Source: Phoronis australis (lineage: Eukaryota > Animalia > Phoronida). From it: 64,000 nucleotides of DNA. The number at the start of each line of letters is the position of its first letter. Positions within the stretch are counted from its first letter, which is position 1. Below the pieces are notes generated by a model, which did no database searches, was not told the origin of the DNA, and saw only the letters and a program-made list of their open reading frames with translations. The stretch covers positions 35,121 to 99,120 of the forward strand of contig NMRA01000622.1 of NCBI GenBank assembly GCA_002633005.1, written 5' to 3'. Shown here piece after piece: positions 10,901 through 25,900 of this stretch. The position numbers and the translations under genes were made by a program.

Positions 10901-13900
10901 AGATTTGAACTGATAACTAATTTGTGCCTCATTGTCCAGCTCATTAGAAGATAACTGACTTTCAGGGTATTACTTTCTCAGGTCAAGAGGTCATTCAGAA
11001 CTTTTGCTATTGCGGTGAAACAATTAACTTGTTTACTATCAAAGGTGGAGCATTGTCATAATTTCTGGTAAATAACCTCACCAAGAACCATGTGATTTTA
11101 GTCAGATTTTCTACAAAATTCCAGAATTGTAATAAGAAAGGTAAATATTTTGTGAAAGTAGAAAATCAGTGGAGTTTAATTTCCTACTGAACACAAACCT
11201 GTCTTCACATGACCATGTTTTCTTTTACTAAAATTTAGCAAAGAAACAATGTTTAAGGAAAATAAAGCATTATCAGCATGGCCAAATTTCATTTCAGATA
11301 AATATTTATGAACAAATCAGTTTTCCAAAATGTCCTTTTTTACTTTGTTCAACTTTTGATGAAAATCAATATTTTCATAAAAATCATTCAACTCTCAATT
11401 TTTGATGGTTTATTATTAAAAACAAGCCCATTTAAAAATCAGTCTGGAGAACAACGTTGATAGCATACAGTGCCCGTTTCATTTAAGTCTGGTTAGCTGT
11501 TTTTGAGATATGTTGGCAAAATTTCGAAATTTTCATCACTCATAACCATAAAACTGGACATCAACTTTTAACTTGAACAGGTAAAGGTCAGCATGACCAG
11601 CTAAACCATTAATGGACAGGCAAATGGAGATTTAAAATTTCCCGCTTAAAAATCAAAATGATGTGACATTCAATTGCCAATCACGAAAGAAAGACAAAAG
11701 GTTGTTAGTTTTTTAGACATTCTATTTAAAACACACTTGTTGTGCAAAAGGGAGGATAACGTACTAGGTTAACTTTATACATAACAGTCAGAGAAAAACT
11801 TTCAAAATCACTGTGAAGATAAGATGATAATGCAATAAAAATGTAACACTGACTGAAGTCCCTTCTTAAAACGAAAGCAGAAAACTAACAAATATTCGAA
11901 AGTTGCATAAACTGTCTAACCTGTCCATTTAAGACATATGGAAATTTCAAGCCTGAAAAGCTTTTGAACAAAACTAAAAAATTCCACTTGACGCAGTTAA
12001 AAATTAATTTGACCAACATCTAGTCTGGCTATGTGTGACTCACCTTTTCATTGCCTCTCTTCCACAATATTGCGACAATGTAGACAGCAGCAATGGGTGG
12101 AGCTAAGTAAGCACTGATAGCTTGGATATAGAGGAACAACTGACCTCCCTGCATCTCCTGAATCAGAGGGATCCACGCTATCCCTATAGCAACCATCACC
12201 AGCACAAACGCTCTGTGGAAAACATGCAGGCAGGTATTTGATAGTTGGTAAACATTGTGCAAAAGTTTGCACACTGTAGAGCCATCTCCTGCATTGGGTG
12301 GGGGGAGGTTATGAACATGACAATTTGACTTAAAAATGAGATCACGTGACAATAATAAAGACNAAATCCATCTGAAAACAGCAGGATAGCGTCATCTCAC
12401 TATTAGGTGCCTACAAACCAAATTTCATGAAAATCCGTTCAGGACTTTTGAAGATACAAAGGTAAGCGTAAAAAAATAAAATTGCCACTAGGGGGCACAC
12501 CGGTAGTCGGATCCGTCCGAAGCTTCGCACATGCCGTCCCATTCATGAATGGAATATATGTGCCAAATTTCATGAACGTATGTCAAAGGGTTTTGGAGAT
12601 AGAGCAGCGGACGCCGGACGCCAGACGCACGCCGCCCGGACAGACGGACGGATGGACGGACAGAGATGACGGCATAATGCGTCCACATATAAATATGTGG
12701 GCACATAAAAAATGGTTGACAAAGCATCATTTTTCCGATGTTTGACTTGAAATTGAGGTCATTTATTTAGATCCTAGATAACCTTTTCGACAGACTGTGC
12801 ATCGTAGAGCTGTCGCTAAACATATTTGGTCAAAGTATACTTTCCCTATAATATTTGACTACGTCCCCGCAATTTAAAAGTCAAATTTGGATAACTAAGT
12901 GGCATTTTCCAGTAATTATTGTATAATGTAATGTCTCGTGATTAGTCACAGCAGGTGCGCAAGAATTTTGTTCTTGCTGAAAACATAATTTTCTCTTGAC
13001 TGGGATGGCCTTTTCGCAGCAGACGACAGGACTCAACAATCACTACTATGTGTCTTATGCGCATGCCGTTTCATAAAGAAACGTCAAGATGACACTGGTT
13101 GTTCAAGATGCCGGAATACTAAGATTTTTTGAAGGATAATAGATTGACAATAACATAAACCAACATGATAATGAACTGGTGGAATCTGATCTTAAATCTT
13201 TGGTTGTACCTTGATCGATGGTTGTACTTAAAACGATATACCGGTAAAGTTTCGATTAACCAGAAAAGGAAAATGTAACACTTAATATTAAGTTTGTGGA
13301 AACCATGCGATAAGCGGAATTAAACTTTCAAAAATATTCAATTTCCGTACAAAAGAATCGAACAGAGATCAGATTCTTTGAATTTACGACTAATTCTGGT
13401 CTTGACAATAGAAGAGTAAAATTTGTCATTCAAAAATGGTAGTACGTAGTACAAAAGACATCAGAAATGCCTTTTGCTTGTTCTGCGTTCAGCTTCAACC
13501 ATAGTTTGCCTTTGCCATTCCCCGATTTCCTAGTTTTCTGGAAATGCATTACTGCCGGGTTACTTCCGGCAGAGGATGTATGGCGACATTTTACAACAAC
13601 TTTTGTGAATTGAAATTGAAATTACCAATCAGTATTTTGCACTGGACAAGTCTTGAAAACAAAAAAACTAGTGGACACTATCGAGAGCTTGAGAAGATCA
13701 ACATTCTGTAGAGAAATCTCCTAAATGAAAGTCGCATATACTCTGTGCATAGAATGGACAGTGTCAAAATTGGATTGAATCTCTAATAAGCACATGCCTA
13801 TTGACCCAAATAGGTCCATCCAGCTCTCACATTGCTACTTGTAACTGGAAGGCTTGATTTAGAGACCTTGCGGGTGGCCAATTTAATTTGATTGACAATC

Positions 13901-16900
13901 TGGTAAAATTCCCAGGCCACCACAAAGTTGCCATGCACACATTTGAGCATGCACTCAAAATACTACACAGAAGACACAAACACACAGAAGTAGAAATCCT
14001 TCAGCTGCAATGAAAGGGTCCATGTACGAGTCATGCATAGCTGAAGAGTGGCAATTGTGTCTGTCTGCCTCTGTGCACCCAGGCTACTGGACCCTAGAAG
14101 GGGAAATTATTGGTTGTCACCGAGGATGTGGACACTACTAATTTCATATCCAACAATAAAAAACTGACTGATGGATTTGGGGTGCCCCAATGGACATTTA
14201 CTGAGTTTGCCGAGTTTCTGCTTCTGAGTAGTTTTACGATGTAAGAATCTTATTAAGGAAGCTAGTGTGACCGCATGCTTCACTTGTTATATAAGTTGAT
14301 ATCTTGCAGTCTTGCATGTTTCTGTATTTTTGCGAACTTTTCACCCCTACATAATAAAGAAACACCAGGTATCTCGTTCACTCCATTTCCAGCATTCAGT
14401 TCTTGTTTGGCAGCCTGAGAATTTAGCCAGGTCACATTTGGCGAGTTAAGTAACATATAATGTGCTAAGCCTAAAGCACAGCTGGGTAATCAGAATTTGA
14501 GTTCTGTAGATATTTTAAATCGAAATTTTCAAGGTTGCTCAAGACCTCTCTTAATTCTAACTTTGATGCTCTGTAGGAATGTGACAGCCGTGCAATACCC
14601 GACTCACACCCATGAGGTCATACCGATAATATACAACTGCGTAGGCGGGACTGAAATAGGCTTCACCATGTATAATTTCTTACGAGTTCCTTCAAATTAA
14701 CTGATAATTACTGCAAAACTGCTTTCCGTTATCCATTTTCCTACGATTTTCTGAAACTTCTGACAACGGATGGGCAGTCTAATCATTGAGAAGAAAAAGA
14801 GCGATTTTGTTCAAATAAATGGTCTTATTACAATTATCTTATTGTTGACATTCCAATGGGAACACGACACTGACCTGCCAACAACCATGAGTTCCCTGAC
14901 CTTGGCGGACGTGCGTATCCTCTTGTAAATATCCATAGTGAAGAGTGTACTGGCGCTGTTGAAGATAGATGTCAAGTCACTCATAAGTGCTGCCAACATC
15001 ACAGCCATCATGACGCCACGCAGACCTGAGGAATGGCAATTAGAGACATTAATTAGAGGATGGTCATTATCATTCATTTGGCTGTATGATTTGCACATCA
15101 GCAGACACTGGGGTTAAGGGACGGGGGATGGGGGGTCAGGCAGGGTCATGCTATATAGTTCTGTAATTTACCAAGCTCTATGAAGTATTTTATAATACAT
15201 TGTTATTCACAAATTTAAGGAAGACTGTTTTGTTCAGATAGTAGTCAGTTTTACTGAGATTCTGCAACAGTTGCATTTTCATTACCTTGATTTTATTTAC
15301 TTTTAACACCTGAGGCAATCAGTTTTAGCTGCCAATAAGGGGCATGCAGGTTAGTTTATGTCTCAATGATCAATTTATTAAGTTGACAACTGTTATCAAC
15401 ATATTTGGGCATAACTAGTACAAAAAACTTCTAAGCATTATAACATTTAGTTTATTTATTACGTAAAGCCTGATCAGCAAACAGCTTTCAATGCAACAAC
15501 TGATAAACAAGGTAAAAGACACTTGATCCTTTAACAACAAGTGATCTTCAACAACAAAACTGACGTCAGTTTTCAAGTTAGAACAAGCCTGTTAATCATT
15601 TTCATATTATGTGTATTACGTGATTGTTGGTGCTTGAGAACAAATGTATAATATTCCACTCAGCCTCAACGAAGAGTCCAATAGCATTCTGTTGAGATTT
15701 TTAGCTCAGCTAGGCAACATTGTGCCCACATTCATTTTGCTCACTCACAGTTGAGCAGGATAACACAATTTGCTCAGACTCACACCTGAGCAGGATAACA
15801 TTGTGCCCAGAGTCAAAGCTGAGCAGGTTACTATGCTGCTCAGACTAGCCAAGAAGGATAATTCACAGCTGACCTGTTGAACATTTTCTCAGACTCACAG
15901 CTAAGCAGGATAAGTTCTACTCATACTCACAGATGAGTTGAACACCACTCTGCTCTGACTCACAGCTGAGCTGCAACCAGATTCCAATGAATCATGATGT
16001 GATCCCCATTCAACGGTGTGGTCAGACTACTCAGTTAATAGGTACTCTACTGTAGGGTGGTGTACACACGTCAAGTCACCTCACTGTGTTGCTTAGGCAG
16101 GTTACAACATATAAGTTGGGATATACAGCCCAATTGTAATGTGCCTTATTTCTCTTTTTCAGCTGTTGTAGTTCACTGGTTTCTGCCAAATTCAAACAAA
16201 GAAAAAGCTCAAATTTCCATAGAAATTTATCTTATAGCCCTTGGTGTCTAAATTTGCTCAGGAAAAAAGTTAGAAGTAAGCATGGGCTATAATTGCTGAT
16301 GTAGCCAGACTATTGATAAATCCCCAAACAAAAGAAGTCCTTTATGAATTAGTCAAGGTGCTGTGGTACCTGGCTATTGTAATCCCAACCTGTAAGAACC
16401 ATTCATAGTTGATGGTTGGGAAATAACCTAGGGCATAATGATACCCAGTGCAACTCAGACACCTACTTAACACCAAAAACACTAAATGATCAACCATGAA
16501 ATGTACCGTAAGTGGATTGTGGAAGAGTCCAAGAGTGTGTTGATGGTTTTGACCAGTTCCGACTGTCAGTATATAGCTTCTCCCACAGCAAGACTCGTGC
16601 ACTGCCTCCAAGCTGCAACACATGGACTGGGTTCACTGAGACTAAATGGTACGGGATCGGGTTGGGAAAAGGGGCTTTCTGTCTTTGGTAGCCACCATTT
16701 TTTCAAACAATATGAGATGTCGAAAAACCCCTTGGACGCATAAATCTCTGCTCTCGGGAGATTAACGAAGTGACTCTAGAGTGGGAAACCTCTCTAATTC
16801 AATCGTCCCCTTTGGGAGGTCAGGAGTACGTGTATATTGACTTGACCTCTTTGGGTCCAATCTGATACCACTTTTGTCTCTGGCCAGGACACACGGGAAC

Positions 16901-19900
16901 CCTTAAGGACTAACATCCTGGTTTTTGAGTCTAATTGTCTTAAGCCAGTTATGGCTAGTGGTAGAAAACACAGAACTTTGCATCAAAAAATCTTGGGCAA
17001 ACCCTGGTGCACAAGAGTAGCATCAGTGGCACTATCTGACAAGCCTCATTGCACAGTTGGCCCTGGGATGAAGCGACGCTTGGGCACTCGAAGGTAGACA
17101 TACCAAAGCTAGGAAATCCATTTGTAGCAGAAGCTCATTCACCAGGGGTCATATGCTCGCTTGGAGGAACCAATGTAGAGAGCTGTTAAAACCATTGTCA
17201 GACCCTATGGTCTGCGAATGCTGGAAAGCCTTTGACTGGACCTTGGTTGCCACAGTTTTGAGAGAAGGAAAGTGGTTGCAGACCTGAATCGTAACCTATA
17301 CTTCTTATATGGATCCACAAAAAACCAATAACCAACCCTAGTCAGGGTTCAAGTGACCAGTGCATTGCAGGGCAGTTGAATGTGGTCTTTGCAGCCACGG
17401 ACATCCGCCTCAAGAATCCACCCTTACTAGTAGTTTCTATAAAGCAAGAGGAAGCACCCCTACTGAGGAAGCTTGGTATGAGAAATAGCTGGACTCTTCT
17501 ATAGGAGTGGACCGTGAAATTACCAAGCTCCTGAAAGTGCAAGGAGGCTGCTAGCTCGAATCCCAAACCTGCCCGGACACTCCCCAATGAGCAAATGGTG
17601 GTGGAAAGGCTGACAACTGTAGAAGCTCTCACCATCTCGCTGCTGCTAAGCAGATGATAACTGGGAGTGGGCTCATCAGATGGCTCAGAAGCTTGAAAAT
17701 CCAGAAATCGATGTTCAGCAGGTTGTTAAGCACGCTAAAGTTATCAACAAACTAAATCCGCTGCAACGACTAGCTTGTTATTTGTATGTTACCTCTGCAT
17801 TTCCAGGAATGCCTTCTCCAGCCCTAGCATTATGTTAACCAGTCTACCACCGCAGACTGTAAAATTTGTGTACACCTTGAGGGCCAAGCTGCATGTGCCA
17901 ACCATTTGCATTGGAAAAGTTAATGAAGACAGTTGATCGGTGCTATAATTTTTCATCAATGCTCTTCATGAAGACAAATCATTAGTAGAGCATGGTATGT
18001 ATTGAGGCAGGTGTCAAAAACAAATCCGACACTACGAGGTGCTACACTAGAAAGAATTGCCCAAAACTGCAGCCTTATAGCTGCTTCCCTCGATCACATA
18101 TACCGAGGCACTAGGAAAAAATTAAAATGACCACAAGGGGATACCTACTAAGTAGATCAGTTGGAAAATTAATTAAAGTCATATGGTACTGTCCTCAATA
18201 GGAGCACATCTGAAAACTTCCAAGTGGTTTATCAAACAGAGAAACTACAAAATGACAGAGCAGCCATTAAAATTTGACGAATGTAGCCATCTCCTCACAT
18301 ATAATTTTTTGCCAACCATGAACATCGACAGAGGAACTCCTTGAGGTCATATACAAAGAAAACCTTCATCGCCACTGTCATCCACTCATTGTTGATCAGT
18401 TGGATAAAAACTTGTGACCTGTATTATATTTCTGTTTGAGGGTAAAAAAGCAAGGAAAGGTTCCCTTCATATTGACACATGGTGGAAATGTGAAGTTGTC
18501 ATCGATTCATTTTTTTAAAATTTGTATTTAACCAAAATACATTAGTCAATTGGTTATGAACCACGGTGTCACAAGTTATTTTGCAGTCATTGAGGAATCA
18601 CTTTAATAGCGGGTTGAAATTATGGACAGCTAAAAACAAGTTACTTGATCACATGTAAAGTACTACACGAGGGTTAACAATATCTTCAATGATGATGTGC
18701 GTGAAAGTATTGTGTTTTTAAATATACATTTGTATTTCTGATATATCACACTGTCTTGCTAATTGCTTTTGTTCTGATTGTTTCTACTATGTAATTACCG
18801 ACATTCATCAAGACTTGCATTCGTGTTTAAAATTTATGAGAATACGTTTGACTCGATATGGAAAATATTTCCAATTATACGAACACAAACAGTGACATGT
18901 TAAGCGAACAACAGCAAATCCCAATATTCAGTTTGTGATAAAGTGTTTTGACTACACACACAAAAGACAAATAAATTCTGATGAGACCCTGCCTGACTGG
19001 CCAAAAGAGGGGGCTCTTGGCTTAAACAGCAATTCAGGAAATAGAAAGCATAGTGCAGTTAGTGAGAATCAAGAGACAGCATCCTGGTGGAAATGAAGAG
19101 CATGTGGGGTGAGAAAACCATACCGAATATCGGACTGGTTTTTAAGGGAGGTGAAGAATAATTGGCCCTAATACTGACAGGCTGCAGTTCCAACAAAATA
19201 TCTCTTTATTAACTTCTGATATCAGTTTTGAAGTCATGTTCACTACAGAACAAAGTGACATGTCTGATTGGACAATGTGATAATAGGGATGCATAGAATT
19301 GTGAGGTGGCACGGACAGAGTGTCTAGCAACATCTTCATGTCCTGAAGGGATTCATGAAATGATAATTAATAGTTAGCCACCAGCAGTGTCTCTTCATTC
19401 AAACTGGTGCAGCAGGGATCAGGTATTCAAGGAAACATAGAAGCCGTTCGTGTACAATTAATGGTAATTAAAAATGCCTCATCAGCAGTAATGTCACAAG
19501 TAAAATGAAGAGAGAATGGCACTAGAATTTGCAAAAACAATTTATAAACAACAAGGTAATGAACTTAGTGTTGTTCAGCAACAATTGGTACAAACTAAGA
19601 AGTTAGAGGAAGGCAAAAGATTACAATTGGCACAAGGAAAGAAGTTCTGGGAAATGAAGATAACAATTGTTCATGTGGGGCCATTAATGCACTTGACGTA
19701 AAAATTAAAAGGTTGCGTTAAACAAAATCCACTTCACAGCAAACAGTTTCATTCTGGTCATGTCATGATTCCTAATGAAGTGACTATAGAAATCATTTTC
19801 ACTGGCAGGTAAGGACATAGCAAGTTGTGTAGGAGTTAAAATGACAAGATTGAATAGAACAGAGAAACTGCCGTGTGAAAAGTGATTTCGTTTGTCACCA

Positions 19901-22900
19901 TGATGAAGGAAACCAACTGTTATTAGAGGATGCCGGGCGATTAGCTGATAATTATATTTTCCACGTGATCAATATTTCCTCTCTGAGGTAGACAGAGAAT
20001 GCGTGCTTTAAGAACCTGTAATATACAAATGTCTAGAGAGTGTGACTGTACAAGACTCATTCTGAAAACAAGATAAGCCTACGGCATCTTGAAAAACATT
20101 GCACACAAATGGTGCAGTACTGAAACAAGGACAGAGTCATGCCATATTTTTACTCAAGAACCCCAATTGTTTGACAAGCCAAGAGAGTAATGCTTCATTA
20201 CATGACAGTTCTACACGGTGCTGCATTAGTCAAGTCAGCCTGCAATTAACTGGGACCAGTGCAATGCCATCACATACCACCTGCATCAAAGTTTCAGACT
20301 GAAATCCGTCAATTACATTTCTAGATAAGATACAAAATGCTTTCTTCCAAAAAATACATTAAATAGCCACTAGGAGGTGCTGCAGGTGAATTCACCCAAA
20401 ATTGAACTGCCATCACATATCCATATGTTAAGTTTCATAATTGTACACTCTTTTGCTGTCAAATCAGTAATAATACTGAAAAACCCCACACCTGGCGGGC
20501 ACCGCTCTTAGGTGAATGCTTCTCATAATAACGGTCATTAGATGGAGCAGAACATGTCGAACATGTCCGAAAATGAGATGGCGTCGACAGCTCCTGAAAA
20601 GGAAACTATCTACTTGATACTTTCATGAAAATTTGCCAAATGATTAAAGAGTGTAATGTAGAAACATGAAATTGCCATCTTGAGGCAAAGTGGTAGCCTG
20701 ATTTATACTTCTGTTGTCAAATTAACAGGTATACACTAACCAAACTTACAAAACATCTTGCATAAGCATGGTCACAACACAGAAGCAAAAATGTCCCTAG
20801 AGGAAACCAGTATTTGGATCCATCTGACAATAAACCACAATGGTGCTCTCCTCAAAAGGAATACATCTACAAATTTTCCTGACAATCTTCTACGCGGATT
20901 GGCGTAATACTATACACTACAGACAACTCAAAAATAATAAAAGTGGCACAGAATACTGTACCAAAATGGAAAGCTGTTCTTATATTGATAATAGAAAATT
21001 GTTTTCCAATTTTTATTGAAAGTCAAGGAACTCCAAACACACAGAGGCAAAGTTAAACATAAAGACTAGAATTGTCACTAACAGGGCACAGAGCTGTGTA
21101 AAATTTGTAGGCAGCCTTTATTACATTTATAGTATAAGAAATGCAAATTTTCACAAAGATCCTGCAAAAGATTAAGGTGATACAGCCGTGGATGCAAAAA
21201 TGACGATATCATCATTATGTGCACCAAAGATGTCAAATCTGTCCAAAATGCCCTAGCCAGGGTCTCCTGATCAGGACCACATAAAAGTTTTTAAAAGACT
21301 GAGCTGTTTAGCAGATAAGGGGGTGGACACCAAAAATAAAATATAATTAGAAAATGGTATTTAAGTGGCCATCAAAAATGGAACACCATTGCCATATCCT
21401 CAATACAAACCTATTTGCCAAAATTTTCAGGAATTCATGAAATCAAGGCAGTCCAAAGATACAGAAGCAATTAAGTTAATATAAAAATCCTAAAATTGCC
21501 CCTAGGGGGCACAGCAGTACAATAGTCCGATTGGTCTGAAACAAGCCATCACTTGTCACCAGGAACAATCAAATTTCCCAAAGATTCCATAAAGGGTGAA
21601 GGAGATACAGCTTTAGGAACAAAAAAAAAAACAAATTAAATTGCCACTAGGGGATGCCAAAGTACTAAAACCTGTCCACAAACAACATTAACAGCAGTCA
21701 TCTCATCAGAAACACGTCTGCCAATTTTCACAAAGATCAATCGAGTTACGTGTCGGATAGAAGCCACATAAAAAATTGACTTGAACATTTCAAGAATGCC
21801 CACTAGGAAAATTACAGCAGCAGACGCTGGACGCCCAGACAAAGATGACAGCAATATGCACCCACACTATGTAGGAGCATAACAGTAGAGCAATTTGTGG
21901 CTAGCTCTTGGTTATCCACAGCAGTGTACTCGAATTTAGAAGTCAATTAACAGGCACATCAGATCAAAATATAGTAAGTGATTTCAGAGAGGTTATGATA
22001 CTAAAGGAAACAATTTGCTTACAATTACAACACTTAAGTTAGATGTTTAAGTTTATTGCATTCTATAAAGACCAATACTTAGTAATTCAAGTCTCAAAAT
22101 AAGCAAGTCACGAGATTTAAATCACTGCCTTGTTTAAAGAACTTTAAGGTAATTTATGCAATTTATATAAATTACGCAAAATTAATGCTTTTAGGTGAAG
22201 CATAGTATCTAAACATAATAGCAAACATTAAAACAATTTTAATTGTTGATCTGCACTTCAAAAGGTCAATAATTTTAAAAATATTTTAGTTTCAGTTAAC
22301 TAAAAAGGAGTATTAAAGGCTCAACATTTGTAATATTTTATAACCATATTACAAGAAAGATATTTTTAATTTAAGGTGACTTTATAAAGAAGTGTAATAG
22401 AAGTTCAACATTTTAAAACCCGTACGTGGTGATTTAAGTCTCACAAGTACGTAGAATAAGAAAACTCTTTACCAGTTGACAAATCTGCAGTCAAACTGCA
22501 GAATGTTGATATTGCGCTACTAACAGCAAATTGCTTGAATACTTGTTTGAAAGTCTGGCCAAAATTCCTTGAGAAATACTGAGGGAATTTCTCAAAGAAG
22601 CCCACTTCCCTACATGGAAGTGTGAAAACCCAAAACGGACCAAAATCCAAGAAAATACGGGTGAATCCCAAAATGCAAATAATATATGCTTAAGGGCACT
22701 TTGTAAGGTCATTTTTTGAAAAGTTTGATTTAAACTCCTTGAGAAATGCAGGAGTCGGTCATAGAATAGTCACTATTCTTTATGAGGACACAAAGACACA
22801 ATGATGGACATACAGACGGACGCGTACTATTATCATATCCCCTTTGGTGGGGGATAAATTACATCGAAATAGCTGTTGATGTTTACGTTGACAAGCCAAT

Positions 22901-25900
22901 AGCAACAGGCACAAGAAAAACGTGGAGCGTTGAAATGCGCACACGAATGCACTGCTAACAGACGAGTGCGCTTCTAGGGGTGTTTATTTGGAATATAAAA
23001 ATGGCAACTAGATGACACAAAATATGCTGAATTCATCTGAAACTTGTATGTGTCATCAAAGCTATTTACCAAGGCCTAATTTCTACAACTATCCTTAGAG
23101 TGGTTTGGTCGACAGAGGGGCAAGACGCCAAATAACAAGACTCGGAAACAGTAAAAATGGCCACAAAAAGGCAAAAAGCCTCGAATTTTTCCGAAAACCG
23201 GACGTTAACGTCACCTCACTCATAGATGCCTAAGTACTAAATTTTATGAAAATCCATTGATGACCTTTTAAGATACCGAGGTAAACGTAAAAAACTAAAA
23301 TTGCCACTATCAGGGGCACACCGATAGCCCGATACGTCCGAAAGTCATCATCCTCAGTTGTCCACTTCATATATATACACCTGAAGCAAAATTCAATAAA
23401 GATCTTGAAGAGCATTTAGGAAATACAGCCATGGGTGCAAAAACAAACAAAACTGCCACTAGGAGGCGCCATAGTAGTCCAAGTCATAGGAAAATCATCG
23501 TCAGCCGCCCTCTTCACAATTATATTCCAATTTTCAAAATCTTCCCTAGAGCGGTTTGGTTGATAGAACGGCGGACGCCAAAAACAGACACGAAAACAGC
23601 AAAAATGGCTACTATGTGGCCCTAAGTACCTTGAATCTGTCCGAAAACAAGAGGATGGCATCATCTCACTAATAGATGCCTAACTGCCAAATTTTATGAA
23701 AATCCGTTGAGGACCTCCGAAGATACAGAGGTAAGCGTAAAAAAATAAAATTGCCACTAGGGGGAAAAACAGTAGTCGGAGAGATTCAAAATTTGTCGTC
23801 GTCTGTCTTCAGCTTCACAGGAACACACTTGCCAAATCTCAAGATCCTATAAAGGGTTTAGGAGATACAGCTGCGGACGCCGGATGCCCAGACAGAGATG
23901 ACGGCAATATGCGGCCACATATAAATAAGGGCGCATAAAATTGAATTTATGCAAGAAAACACTACCCCCCAAAGACAATTAACACATGCCTCATTAATTA
24001 AGGGTGCTAATCAAGCAATGATTTACCGCAATCTCTTTAATCCAGAGGGCAGTAGCTTATTTGAACTTTGAAATGCTTGTGCTGATGGCCATTTTCAACA
24101 TTTGAGAAACATGATCAAGATGCCGTGAGAGGTTCATTACAGATCATTTAGCAGACTTAGTGCAGTTGGAAGAACTCTGGTTTCTAGGAATTTGTACGTA
24201 GAAAAATGAAGCACAGAATTTGATGCAAACAAGTGATGACCAGGACATCTATTGAGAACATGACCCGTTTCGTGCAATGCATTATTTAAAGCTCCTGATT
24301 TCAACATCATCACTTTCAAACAGGTTGAAAGATTTCTAAATCAAAACATAAATGAATATGAACTTGTTTCGCAGAAATGGAGATTGCCAATTTAAAGGCT
24401 ATATTGGGTAACAGAGCTATTTCACAGTCACTACAAGGCGGAGAAAATGAACATGTCAAATCAATGTTAGGAAAAATTACTGCAAAGTACATTTAGCATT
24501 CCAGGAATAGCTGCAGCAAACAAGTAATAATGTCTTGTGAACACCAGGTGTATCTCTCTCACCATTTCACAAAGCTGCCACAATCCTTTTGCCTGACAGC
24601 AGGTGCCCCCTATTGGTACTTACCTGTAGGCATCACCTCCAACACCAAGCGTGGGTAAGCAGTATTACTACAACCAGCAGGGTTACCACACACCTCGCGG
24701 CAGACATCAGGGTCAACACAGCCTACCTCATCTAAATTAATGGAAGATTAAAATATCCATTATACTGGCCAGGATAATGGTTTTGTCGGTCCAAACTTCA
24801 AAATCTCCGAAAAGTGATAAGAAAGAACTTCAGAGGCAACAACCAAAACTGCACTAGAAGTTAGAGCCAAACAAAAGATTTAAGTGTTAGGCAAGTTTCA
24901 CCCAGAGATCAGTCAGCACACATGAACATAATGCAATAGAAGTATGACCTTAGTGCAGAGAGCAAAAAACTGAATGGGAATTAAGCTCTATGGTTTTAAT
25001 TCAATGAGAGACTTGATCAGATAAGAGAACTAGTGCTCACTGGAAGTCACATTGTCTGATATCAAGCAGTGTAGCTGTAGAAGAAAACCATGTTGATCGG
25101 GTGTTTCTCATGTTGCCTCAAAATCTTGGATAGAATAGCATGACCTTACACTTTTGCAAGTTTCTCGCATCTAGGGAGATAGCGCAGGTGGTCACCATGT
25201 ATTGAAACATAATATTGTGATTTACTGATAATTAATCCAACAGGTTTAGAAACTGCAAATTCCCCATTTATGTCAAAACAATGACCAATAGAGTGGTTGG
25301 TCTAAGACATTGAAGAAACTAATAACCACCAGAAATTTGTCACATACAATTTGGTTGATTACTTTTTGCAATTCAACTGACTGCTATTAATTTCGACATT
25401 AAGAGGTGTGGTCTATCTGTTCTAAACTATAATAATATATATGTCCAAAGTTCATGCATCAACCTAATCAAACTATTTGTGGCAACATTAAAATCACTGA
25501 ATGTTTGCACCTAGCTATGTCAGACTTTAATTATAATCATTGAATGTTTGTACCTAGTCACAGTGACTTCCATTATAATCACCGAATGCTTGTACCCAGT
25601 CATCATGCTTAACCCTAGCCATGTTGACTTTTATTAAGAATAATATAATCTCCGAATGTTTGTACCTAGCCACTGAATGATTTTCACTATTCAGTAGGAG
25701 TTTGTTAAAAATAATAGAGCCACAACACATGGCCACAAGACACCGAAATATTAACAATTAAACATCTCCTGCTAACATCTAACTGCCTGTACTTCTTACA
25801 TATGGTCCACCTAAAGTGCCAAAACTAATCAGCCACAGTTTTCCTGACATGGCAGGTCATTTCAGTTCCACTGGTGGTGAATTCCACTTAAATATACTGA

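Noticed and set aside
12363-12363. Single N at the edge of a HINE copy (another N at 41358)
   Set aside because: Assembly ambiguity, not biology; it may hide a gap, so the apparent truncation at 12363 is uncertain.
12803-13747. Possible P-like element with CATAGAG-type ends
   Set aside because: Only ~5 of 7 terminal bases match and there is no 7-8 bp TSD; cannot be supported.
16855-16875. TGGTATCAGA primer-binding-site-like motif on the minus strand
   Set aside because: No LTR pair or gag/pol remnant nearby; probably chance.
18975-19022. CTGATGA hammerhead-like motif
   Set aside because: GAAA is replaced by AAAA, stem II has a mismatch and stem I cannot form.
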